Made by a program: the position numbers and the translations under genes
Origin: Candidatus Bipolaricaulia bacterium
GTDB taxonomy: Bacteria > Bipolaricaulota > Bipolaricaulia > JBHIAT01
Reading direction: 5' to 3'
NCBI GenBank assembly: GCA_046758705.1
Contig: JBHIAT010000054.1
Span: 1 to 20,403, forward strand
DNA length: 20,403 nt
The notes under the pieces: generated by a model
Told to the model about the DNA's origin: nothing
Database searches by the model: none
What the model saw: the letters and a program-made list of their open reading frames with translations, nothing else
In this document: one piece after another, positions 8,600-17,560 of the stretch
Layout of the letters: the number at the start of each line of letters is the position of its first letter
Position numbering within the stretch: position 1 is the stretch's first letter

Positions 8600-9876
8600 C
8601 CTTCCGGCGGCTGGGTTGCCCTCAGGATGCGGTCGGACTCCCGGGCCGCCTCCTCGAGGACCTGCTGGGGGTTCTCCCTTCCGAAGAGCGCCCGTTCGAT
8701 GGCCATCGCTAAGACTCGTGAGACGTCGGTGTAGGCAGGGGTGTTCGGCCGTGGCCGGGTGTAAGAGATCCCGTCGATCGACACCCCGGCGCGCGGCTCC
8801 TCGTCGAGGTAGGTTCGAAACCGCTCCGAGGCGATCACCGAGGAACGGGGGGACATATAGCCGGTCGTCATGCTCCACTCGAGGCTGCGTTCGGTGTCGG
8901 TCATCCAGCGGACGAACGTCCAGGCCGCCTCCTGTTTTGTCCGATCGCGGGTCAGGATTGCCAGGTGCTTGCCGCCGAGGATGGTGCTCTGGTATCTTCC
9001 TCGCGGCAACGGGGCCACCCCGAGTTCGAACGGGACCCTCGGCTTGTAGATGATATTGAGTCGAGCCGAGGAGGCGAGTACCATTGCCACCGTCCCTGAC
9101 TCGAACCCTCCGGGCGGCGGGGAGAGCGGCACGATCTCGTGTTTGTAGATCAGATCCATCCAAAACTGGAGCGCCCTGACACCCGCTGAGGAGGCGAATC
9201 GCGTCTCGGTGTAATCAACGTTGAACAACTCCCCGCCACCCTGCCACAGGAATGGGATCCAGTAGTAAACGACCCCACGCTGGGTGGTGAGCGGGAAGCT
9301 CAGCCCCCAGCGGTCGATCCGTCCGTCTCCGTCTCGATCGACCGTCAATCGCTTCCCAATCTGGACGAGTTCCTCCCAGGTGTGCGGCGGGGCCTCCGGG
9401 TCGAGTCCCACCTCCCGGAACAGGTCCTTATTGTAGTACAGAACCAGGCTGCTGGCCGCGTACGGCACCGCCCAGACCTCACCGGCGTAACGGGCGCTCT
9501 CCAGGAACGGCGGGAACAGGTCGTCTAGCGCTGCGGTGCCGGCGGAGAGATCCCCCGGTTTGACGATCGCATCGGCGGCGGCAAGCTGCGGTGTCCAATA
9601 GTCCTCGATCGCGACCGCATCCGGTGCGGTCTCGGTCGCGATCGCGACCAGGAGTTTATCTCGCATGGTAAACGGACTGCCGTTGTAGCTATAGCGAACC
9701 TGGATCCCAGGATGCTCCCGGTTGAAGCGCTCGATCAACGCTTCGTGGGCCTTGCCGAACTCCCCCCCGTAGGAATGCCAGTAGTTGATGAGTACGACCG
9801 GTTCCTGGGCGAACACACCGACCCCCAACAGGACGGCCATCACAACCCAGAACAGCAAAGCAGACAGAGTTCTCAT
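8596..9876 (-). CDS. ABC transporter carbohydrate-binding protein (family 1, UgpB-like)
   Basis: Type I signal peptide (…VGVFA|QE), YWHS, APD, LYYNKDLF, PPHTWEEL, a DRDGDG loop and AAWTFVRWM. Confidence 0.9.
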   Translation of the reverse strand: MRTLSALLFWVVMAVLLGVGVFAQEPVVLINYWHSYGGEFGKAHEALIERFNREHPGIQVRYSYNGSPFTMRDKLLVAIATETAPDAVAIEDYWTPQLAAADAIVKPGDLSAGTAALDDLFPPFLESARYAGEVWAVPYAASSLVLYYNKDLFREVGLDPEAPPHTWEELVQIGKRLTVDRDGDGRIDRWGLSFPLTTQRGVVYYWIPFLWQGGGELFNVDYTETRFASSAGVRALQFWMDLIYKHEIVPLSPPPGGFESGTVAMVLASSARLNIIYKPRVPFELGVAPLPRGRYQSTILGGKHLAILTRDRTKQEAAWTFVRWMTDTERSLEWSMTTGYMSPRSSVIASERFRTYLDEEPRAGVSIDGISYTRPRPNTPAYTDVSRVLAMAIERALFGRENPQQVLEEAARESDRILRATQPPEG

Positions 9877-9942
9877 CTAGTCCCCTTTCAACTTCTCGAT
9901 ACTTTAGTATAATAATCGAAAGAGGTTAGGAGGAAAACTTCT

Positions 9943-11448
<1,506 letters not shown>

Positions 11449-11478
11449 CAACCTGTTAAGTGCTTCGAGATGTCGCGT

Positions 11479-12585
11479 TCAGACCGCCCGCTTGTTCGCC
11501 CACCACAGGAACGCGACGGCCAACGCGCCGAACAGCAGATTCTGCATCCAAGCGGACAGCGGCGGAGGCAGATAACCACGCTGGCCGAACACCTGAGAGA
11601 AGCTCAACACTATATAGTAGGCGAAGATGATCACCAGGCTCAGGCCGAAACTGAGCGCCTTCGAGGCCCGGGCCGGCCTGACCGCGACCGGCGCGCCGAG
11701 TAGCACAAAGATCAGCGCGGCAAACGGGATGGCGAACTTCAGGTGGTAGATCACCCACAGCTGAGTCACCGGATGGCCGCTCTCCTGGCGCACCTGGATA
11801 TAGTGGCGCAGTTGGCTGGTGCTCATTTTCTCCGGATCGCCTCTGCTGAGCGCCAGTTCTTGGGGCGCTTTGATGCTCACCGCTCGCCGATCAAACCGCA
11901 CGAACAGGTTCGCCCGACCCTCCTCGCCGATGCGGTTGATCGCCCCGTCCTCAATGTACCAACGGTGTTCCGATGCGTTCCAGATCGCCCGGCTGGCGGT
12001 AACGATCTGGCGGAGTTTTCCCTCCTCGAACTCCTGGATGTTCACGTCGTTGAGCATCATTCGCCGGCCGTCGAAGCGCGCGGCGTAAAACAGTAGCTTT
12101 AGCTTCCCGTCCTCTTTCTGGCTGTAAAAGATATCTCGCTGGACCTGAGGGATCGGTCGGTTGAGCACCCCCTCATAGAGGATCCGATTCGCCTGTTCGT
12201 TGGCCGCGGGGACGATCCAATCGCTGAAGGTGAAGGTGAGGATTGAGGCGAGCACCCCGAACACGATCAGCGGGATGGTGAGCCGGTGAAAGCTCAACCC
12301 TCCGGCCCGCATCGCGATGATCTCGTGGTTCGCCGACAGATTGCCAAAGACGAGCAGCACCGCCAACAGCGTGCTCATCGGGAAGGTGAACACCATCAGC
12401 GAGGGAAGTGTATAGAGGAAATGCTGCATGACCACCCCGACCGGAGCCCCCCTATCGAAGATATAGTTGATGCTCCACCGCAGGGGGTCAATCGATAGAA
12501 AGACCGCAAACAGCCCGATCCCGAACAGGAACGGCGGGATCAACTGGAAGAAGATATAACGATCGATAATGAACCGTTTAGTCAT
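11479..12585 (-). CDS. LptF/LptG (YjgP/YjgQ) family permease
   Basis: IDRYI N-terminus, three TM helices, EIIAMRAGGLS, a periplasmic beta-rich domain, then KFAIPF and three more TM helices ending in LSAWMQN. Directly downstream of lptB. Confidence 0.9.
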   Translation of the reverse strand: MTKRFIIDRYIFFQLIPPFLFGIGLFAVFLSIDPLRWSINYIFDRGAPVGVVMQHFLYTLPSLMVFTFPMSTLLAVLLVFGNLSANHEIIAMRAGGLSFHRLTIPLIVFGVLASILTFTFSDWIVPAANEQANRILYEGVLNRPIPQVQRDIFYSQKEDGKLKLLFYAARFDGRRMMLNDVNIQEFEEGKLRQIVTASRAIWNASEHRWYIEDGAINRIGEEGRANLFVRFDRRAVSIKAPQELALSRGDPEKMSTSQLRHYIQVRQESGHPVTQLWVIYHLKFAIPFAALIFVLLGAPVAVRPARASKALSFGLSLVIIFAYYIVLSFSQVFGQRGYLPPPLSAWMQNLLFGALAVAFLWWANKRAV

Positions 12586-12607
12586 TGCCGATCATTATTA
12601 TACTAGA

Positions 12608-13324
12608 TTACATCCGGAATCGCTCGCCCAGGTAGAACTTGCGCGCCCGGGGATCGGAGGTGATCTCGTCCGGTGTCCCGCTCATCAGAACTCTGCCCTG
12701 GTTGATGAGGTAGGCGCGATCGGTGATCTCCAGGGTCTCGCGGACGTTGTGATCGGTCACCACAATCCCGATGTTCCGGCGCTTCAACGACAGGATGAGC
12801 TCCTGAATCTCCTCGATCGAGATCGGATCGATACCGGAGAACGGCTCGTCCAGAAGCATAAATGCGGGAGAGGCGACTAGCGAACGGGCGATTTCCACCC
12901 GTCGCCGTTCCCCGCCTGACAGGGTATGGGCTTTCTGGTGGCGCAGATCGATCAGGTCCAGATCCCGGAGGAGTGTCTCCGCCTTCGCTGCCCATTGCTG
13001 CGGTGAGCCCTCCTGATGCTCCAGGATCGCCATCAGGTTCTGTTCGACGGTCATCTTCCGGAACACGGAGGGCACTTGAGCGAGGAAGCCGATCCCCCGC
13101 CGTACCCGCCGGTGGAATGGGAGATCATCGATCTTCATATCGTCCAGGTAGACATGACCCCGCTCCGCTGACACGATCCCCAGGATCATGTGGAAAGTGG
13201 TCGTCTTGCCTGCCCCATTGGGGCCTAACAGTCCGACGACCGTCCCGCGTTCGATCTCCAACGAAACATCATCGACGACCCGCCTGCCGTTATAGCTCTT
13301 GACCAATCCTTCCGCTCTGAGCAT
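12608..13324 (-). CDS. lptB: LPS export ABC transporter ATP-binding protein
   Basis: GLLGPNGAGKTT, LSGGERRRVEIARSL, LLDEPFSGIDPI, TDHNVRETL and C-terminal YLGERF, all LptB-specific. Confidence 0.93.
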   Translation of the reverse strand: MLRAEGLVKSYNGRRVVDDVSLEIERGTVVGLLGPNGAGKTTTFHMILGIVSAERGHVYLDDMKIDDLPFHRRVRRGIGFLAQVPSVFRKMTVEQNLMAILEHQEGSPQQWAAKAETLLRDLDLIDLRHQKAHTLSGGERRRVEIARSLVASPAFMLLDEPFSGIDPISIEEIQELILSLKRRNIGIVVTDHNVRETLEITDRAYLINQGRVLMSGTPDEITSDPRARKFYLGERFRM

Positions 13325-13342
13325 CGTCGATCGCGACCAGGA

Positions 13343-13828
13343 TCATCGGGTGAGCTGAAAGACAATCAGAGTGACAATCCCGATGAGGACGGCGCCGATC
13401 ATCAAGCTTCGCCAGGCCATACGTTGCAACCACTTGCGTTGTACTGGGTTCCAATTGGCCCGCCTCGGTCGCTTCATCTCCAGTCTGGTGGCTCGCTTTT
13501 GAATCTTGATCGATTCAGCAATCCGTCCCTGCTGTCGGTAGATGACCCCGAGATTGTGGTGGGCGTTGACATGGTCGGGGTCGGTGGTGATCGCCCGCTT
13601 GTAAGCATACTCAGCACGATCCAGATCACCGACATCGTAGTAGATATTCCCCAACTGATAGTAGATGTGAGCCTTCTCGACGCCGTAACGGAGTGCGTCG
13701 ACCAACAGATCGATCCCCTCCTCGTGCCGTTTCGCCTTCCTGAGCTGCTTCCCCTCGTTGAGAGCCGCTTCGACCTGTTTGCGTCGTTCCTCTTCGGTCA
13801 GACCCTCTTCATCTATCGCTTCGGACAT
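13343..13828 (-). CDS. Tetratricopeptide-repeat protein with C-terminal membrane anchor
   Basis: TPR patterns (YYQLGNIYYDVGDLDRAEYAYKRAI; AHHNLGVIYRQQGRIAES), then a basic segment and a hydrophobic C-terminal helix. Confidence 0.8.
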   Translation of the reverse strand: MSEAIDEEGLTEEERRKQVEAALNEGKQLRKAKRHEEGIDLLVDALRYGVEKAHIYYQLGNIYYDVGDLDRAEYAYKRAITTDPDHVNAHHNLGVIYRQQGRIAESIKIQKRATRLEMKRPRRANWNPVQRKWLQRMAWRSLMIGAVLIGIVTLIVFQLTR

Positions 13829-13853
13829 ACTCTCCGCCTCTTTTGCGGTGATC

Positions 13854-14468
13854 TTACACGGCGGTCTCGGCCTCGAGCGCCTGTTTGACCTTCTGGATAT
13901 CCAGCCAGGTCAGGTATTTGGGGCTCCCTTTCTCCCGAGATGGATTCCGCAGCAGGTAACTGGGGTGGAACATCGGGAAGACCTGGATCCCCCCACGCCA
14001 GGGGTGGAACCTCCCCCGGAGTGCGTTGATCCCTTGGGTCGTCTTCAGCAGGGCCTGGGTGGCCACATTCCCCAGGGTGACGATGATCTTGGGGTTGATG
14101 ATCGCGATCTGCGCTTCGAGGTACGGGTAGCTGAGCTCGATCTCATCCGCCTGGGGGGTACGATTGCCCGGCGGGCGCGCTTTGATGACGTTGGTGATGT
14201 AGACGTCCTGTCGGCGGATACCGACCGACTCTAGAACCTCGTCCAGCTTGCGCCCGGCCCGGCCGACGAACGGCCGACCGAGGCGATCCTCCTCCACACC
14301 CAGAGCCTCACCGATGAACATCAGGTCCGCATTCGGATTCCCCTCTCCGAAGACGAAGTTTACCCCGCCATAGATCTCCTCCCAGAGCTTTCGACACCCC
14401 TCACGGGCCCGCTCCTCCAGCTCATCCAGCGACAGCCCTTCCAACTCGGCGCTGAACAGATCGGCCAT
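13854..14468 (-). CDS. Uracil-DNA glycosylase, family 4-like
   Basis: [45 protein letters not shown] and [16 protein letters not shown]. Confidence 0.9.
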   Translation of the reverse strand: MADLFSAELEGLSLDELEERAREGCRKLWEEIYGGVNFVFGEGNPNADLMFIGEALGVEEDRLGRPFVGRAGRKLDEVLESVGIRRQDVYITNVIKARPPGNRTPQADEIELSYPYLEAQIAIINPKIIVTLGNVATQALLKTTQGINALRGRFHPWRGGIQVFPMFHPSYLLRNPSREKGSPKYLTWLDIQKVKQALEAETAV

Positions 14469-14597
14469 CGTTCCCCCCTCCGTTGACCTTGACTTGCACT
14501 TGAATGCACTTCATGGCATGAGTGTGAATCCGTATTAAGCTATCGGAGGTACAGTGACGAACTATCTTGTTGTCCACAGGTTCTCTGTATAGACAAC

Positions 14598-14643
14598 TGG
14601 GGAGGGGTGAACCAGGCGTTTGCCTGTAATCCACCCCTCCCCA
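14598..14643 (-). other. GC-rich stem-loop immediately 3' of tRNA-Gly (possible terminator or processing element)
   Basis: 12-bp inverted repeat TGGGGAGGGGTG (14598-14609) / CACCCCTCCCCA (14632-14643) enclosing an inner stem CAGGC/GCCTG. No poly-U tail. Confidence 0.55.
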
Positions 14644-14645
14644 AC

Positions 14646-14720
14646 TGGAGCGGGCGACGGGATTTGAACCCGCGACCCTCGGCTTGGGAAGCCGATACTC
14701 TACCACTGAGCTACACCCGC
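14646..14720 (-). tRNA. tRNA-Gly (anticodon CCC)
   Basis: The reverse complement GCGGGTGTAGCTCAGTGGTAGAGTATCGGCTTCCCAAGCCGAGGGTCGCGGGTTCAAATCCCGTCGCCCGCTCCA folds as a cloverleaf with a TTCAAAT T-loop, U73 discriminator and encoded CCA. Confidence 0.97.
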
Positions 14721-14733
14721 CCGATCGACCTTC

Positions 14734-14762
14734 ATTATATCACACCTCAGCGCAGCTGGCAA
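14734..14762 (-). promoter_or_regulatory. sigma70-type promoter of tRNA-Gly
   Basis: The minus strand reads TTGCCA-N17-TATAAT with an extended -10 TG, ending 13 nt before the tRNA 5' end. Confidence 0.75.
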
Positions 14763-14764
14763 AT

Positions 14765-15952
14765 TCACCGGTCTGCCTGCAGCAGCTCGATAGCCGGGAG
14801 CGTCTTCCCCTGGAGGAAGGCGAGTGAGGCGCCGCCCCCGGTTGATACATGGTCCATGCGATCGGCCAACCCCAGCTTGACGATCGCCGCCGCCGTCTCC
14901 CCGCCGCCGATGATCGAGAACGCCGCTGAGGTAGCGACCGCCTCGGCGACCTGTTGGGTGCCCTCGATGAACGGCTCCAGCTCAAACGCTCCCAGCGGAC
15001 CGGCCCAGACGATCGTCCGCGCCCGGGCGACTTGGGCATTGAAGGCGGCGACCGTCTCCGGACCGATGTCGAGGCCTATCCAACCCTGTGGGATCCCATC
15101 GACCGGGACGATCCGGGTCACAGCCCCCGCATCGAACCGCTCGGCGATGCGAAGATCGACGGGTAGGAGGAGTGAGACACCGTGGTGATCGGCTGTCTCG
15201 ATCAGCCGTGCCGCTTCATCGAGCATCTGCTCATCGACGACCGAATCCCCGATCCCATATCCTTGAGCAGCCAGGAAGGTGAACGCAACTCCGCCGCCGA
15301 TCAGAAACGTCTCGACCCGATCCATCAGATCGTGCAGCACCCCGATCTTGCTCCCTGCCTTCTTGCCACCGATAATTGTCACGAATGGCATCTCCGGGTC
15401 TTCCACCGCTCGGCTTAATTGCTCCACCTCTTTTGCCATCAGCAGCCCGGCGACGGCAGGCAGGTGCTTAGCGACCCCGTAGTTGGAGGCGTGTGCCCGA
15501 TGGGCCGTCCCGAAGGCGTCGTTCACGAACAGTTCCCCGACCCGGGCCAGCGCCTCTGCAAACACCGGATCGTTCTTTGTCTCCCCCTCATGAAACCGGG
15601 TGTTCTCCAACAGAACAACCTCACCGGGCTTCATCCCACTGACCGCCCGCTCCACCATCTCTCCGACGCAATCGTCTAATTTGAGGACCGGACGGACGAG
15701 TAACTCCGACAGCCGTTCGGCGATCGGGTCCATCCTGAGGCTTTCGACTGGTTTCCCTTGAGGCCTTCCCAAATGGGAAGCTAACACCAGCTTTGCCCCT
15801 CCCTCAACCAGATAGCGGATCGTCGGCAACGCCCCCCGGATTCGGGTGTCGTCGATAATCTGGCCATTCTCCTGTGGAACGTTGAAATCAACCCGTGCTA
15901 GCACTCGCTTCCCCGAGACATCCAGGTCACGAATCGTCTTCAGTGAATGCAT
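14765..15952 (-). CDS. pgk: Phosphoglycerate kinase
   Basis: RVDFNVP, SHLGRP, LLENTRF, NDAFGTAHRAHAS, LDIGP and STGGGASL. Start at 15952 chosen on GGAGG spacing; 15958 is the alternative. Confidence 0.93.
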   Translation of the reverse strand: MHSLKTIRDLDVSGKRVLARVDFNVPQENGQIIDDTRIRGALPTIRYLVEGGAKLVLASHLGRPQGKPVESLRMDPIAERLSELLVRPVLKLDDCVGEMVERAVSGMKPGEVVLLENTRFHEGETKNDPVFAEALARVGELFVNDAFGTAHRAHASNYGVAKHLPAVAGLLMAKEVEQLSRAVEDPEMPFVTIIGGKKAGSKIGVLHDLMDRVETFLIGGGVAFTFLAAQGYGIGDSVVDEQMLDEAARLIETADHHGVSLLLPVDLRIAERFDAGAVTRIVPVDGIPQGWIGLDIGPETVAAFNAQVARARTIVWAGPLGAFELEPFIEGTQQVAEAVATSAAFSIIGGGETAAAIVKLGLADRMDHVSTGGGASLAFLQGKTLPAIELLQADR

Positions 15953-16031
15953 TGACATCTTCCTCCAACCTATGATAGGTCCAGCGATTGCCGATCGTCA
16001 ACCGCGGCTCGGACCGATGCGCTCAGTCCCA

Positions 16032-16060
16032 TTGCAATTCTTAATCGTCGTTGCTACAAT
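16032..16060 (+). promoter_or_regulatory. sigma70-type promoter of the LolA-like gene
   Basis: TTGCAA-N17-TACAAT with an extended -10 TG. Confidence 0.65.
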
Positions 16061-16095
16061 ACTTGCACATGGCCATAGATAAAGAAAGGATGAAG

Positions 16096-16821
16096 ATGAA
16101 ATTGATGTGGAGAGGGCCGATGCGGTATCCCCTATGGGGGGTGCTGATGCTGATCCTGATGCTGATCCCGATCCTGACCGTCGGGAGACTTCAGGTCGAC
16201 CCCTCTCCAACCATCGAGACGGCCGAGGAACTCTACCAGGCAACCAGCAAGGCCTATGCCGGGATCACCGATCTAAACGCCCTGATCACGATACGGCGAC
16301 CGCTCTTGCCGATAGAGTCAGCTCCAGAGCAAGAGATCCAACTGAGGATCATGATGATCTGGGGGGAACGCGTGATACGTGTGGAGTACATCAAACCGAA
16401 CCTGCTGCGCGGACAGATCTATACCCTGGACGGCGACCTGTTCTCCCAATACCTGCCATTGAACCGCACCATCATTCGCACGCGGCTTTCGGAGAGGGAG
16501 CTCCCGCTGGACCCGAACCTGTTGTTCGAGTTACCCGACCCGGAAGGGTTCGGGCTCTCCATGGATCGAACCGAGGGCTTCTTCATCCTGAGAGCTGTTC
16601 CCAAGCAGGGATCGGGTTTCGAGTTCGAGGAACAACGGATCTGGATCTCAGCGACCGATCTCCTGCCTCGCAAAATGGTGAGCACCATTATCGAAGAGTT
16701 TCGAGGAGAGTCCCGAAAGGTGGCGATCACCACCACCATCGATGAGTTGATGATCAATCAGGGCCTAACGAAGGAGGGGCTCCTCGCCCTGCCCGAAGAC
16801 GCTCAGATCATCGAGGGATAA
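16096..16821 (+). CDS. LolA-like (outer-membrane lipoprotein carrier/sorting fold) exported or membrane-anchored protein
   Basis: N-terminal hydrophobic helix, then LolA-fold-like motifs IRVEYIKP..LRGQIYTLDG, QYLP and RIWISATDLLPRK. The start is uncertain (16090, 16096 or 16105). Confidence 0.65.
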   Translation: MKLMWRGPMRYPLWGVLMLILMLIPILTVGRLQVDPSPTIETAEELYQATSKAYAGITDLNALITIRRPLLPIESAPEQEIQLRIMMIWGERVIRVEYIKPNLLRGQIYTLDGDLFSQYLPLNRTIIRTRLSERELPLDPNLLFELPDPEGFGLSMDRTEGFFILRAVPKQGSGFEFEEQRIWISATDLLPRKMVSTIIEEFRGESRKVAITTTIDELMINQGLTKEGLLALPEDAQIIEG

Positions 16822-16822
16822 C

Positions 16823-17323
16823 TCATCGCATAAGCTTCTTAAAATCATCCAGCCTCATGTCCTCCTGGATGAATTCCTGAAACTCATCTTTGTCATCCTC
16901 TTCGTCCTCACCCTCACCGAATGGGGATTCGATCGCTGCCTCGTCGAAGACATCGTCAGCGATGTAGATCGGGCTCTCCGTCCTGAGCGCCAGGGCGATC
17001 GAGTCCGAGGGGCGAGCATCGATCTCACGCACCTTTCCACCATTGGTTCTGACAAACAGGGTGGCATAGAAGGTCTGGTCCTGGATGCTGTCGATCACCA
17101 CCTTCTCCAGCTTACCATCGAGCTGCTCGATGATGATCTTCATCAGATCATGGGTAAGGGGTCGGGGAAAATCCCGTTGTTGCAGCTCGAAGGAGATCGC
17201 ACTGGCCTCAGGGATACCGATCCATATCGGCATCACCTTCTGTGATTCCGGGTCCTCTAACAGGACCACCGGTGTATTGCTGATCGCGTCTGCGAGCAAC
17301 GCTTTGACTCTCGTCCGTCTCAT
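16823..17323 (-). CDS. Bifunctional nuclease family protein (DUF151)
   Basis: PVVLL, MPIWIGIPEA, RPLTHDL, TFYATL and IDARPSDSIALALR. GAGGAGG RBS before ATG 17323; acidic C-terminal tail. Confidence 0.9.
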   Translation of the reverse strand: MRRTRVKALLADAISNTPVVLLEDPESQKVMPIWIGIPEASAISFELQQRDFPRPLTHDLMKIIIEQLDGKLEKVVIDSIQDQTFYATLFVRTNGGKVREIDARPSDSIALALRTESPIYIADDVFDEAAIESPFGEGEDEEDDKDEFQEFIQEDMRLDDFKKLMR

Positions 17324-17382
17324 GAGAGACCCTCCTCTCGATATTTTGGGCAACTATATTGTACCCACACTTCTACTTTATA

Positions 17383-17560
17383 TACAAACAATATGTCAAA
17401 TTGTGACACTCCGCAGCGACTAAAGTCGCGCAGCTTCTCGCAGCTCAAAGCCGCGAGCTACACGGGCGTGCGCTTGAAAGCGCCAGCCCGTGGGCCGTGC
17501 CATTAGGCCAGCTACTGGGACTTGTCCCAGATACTTGGACAGGATATTGACCGCACCCAC
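17383..17560 (-). ncRNA. Putative omegaRNA/reRNA (scaffold overlapping the tnpB 3' end plus flank-derived guide)
   Basis: Inferred from the established TnpB architecture: the scaffold ends at the right-end TCAC and the guide is the adjacent flank AATTTGACATATTGTTTGTA. The 5' boundary is a guess. Confidence 0.5.

Noticed and set aside
14594..14648. tRNA-Gly as the attachment site of an integrated element
   Set aside because: Only 7 nt (CAACTGG) are duplicated, there is no integrase, and the flanking genes are housekeeping.
14422..14706. 94-aa ORF
   Set aside because: It is a translation of the tRNA and its trailer, with no protein features.
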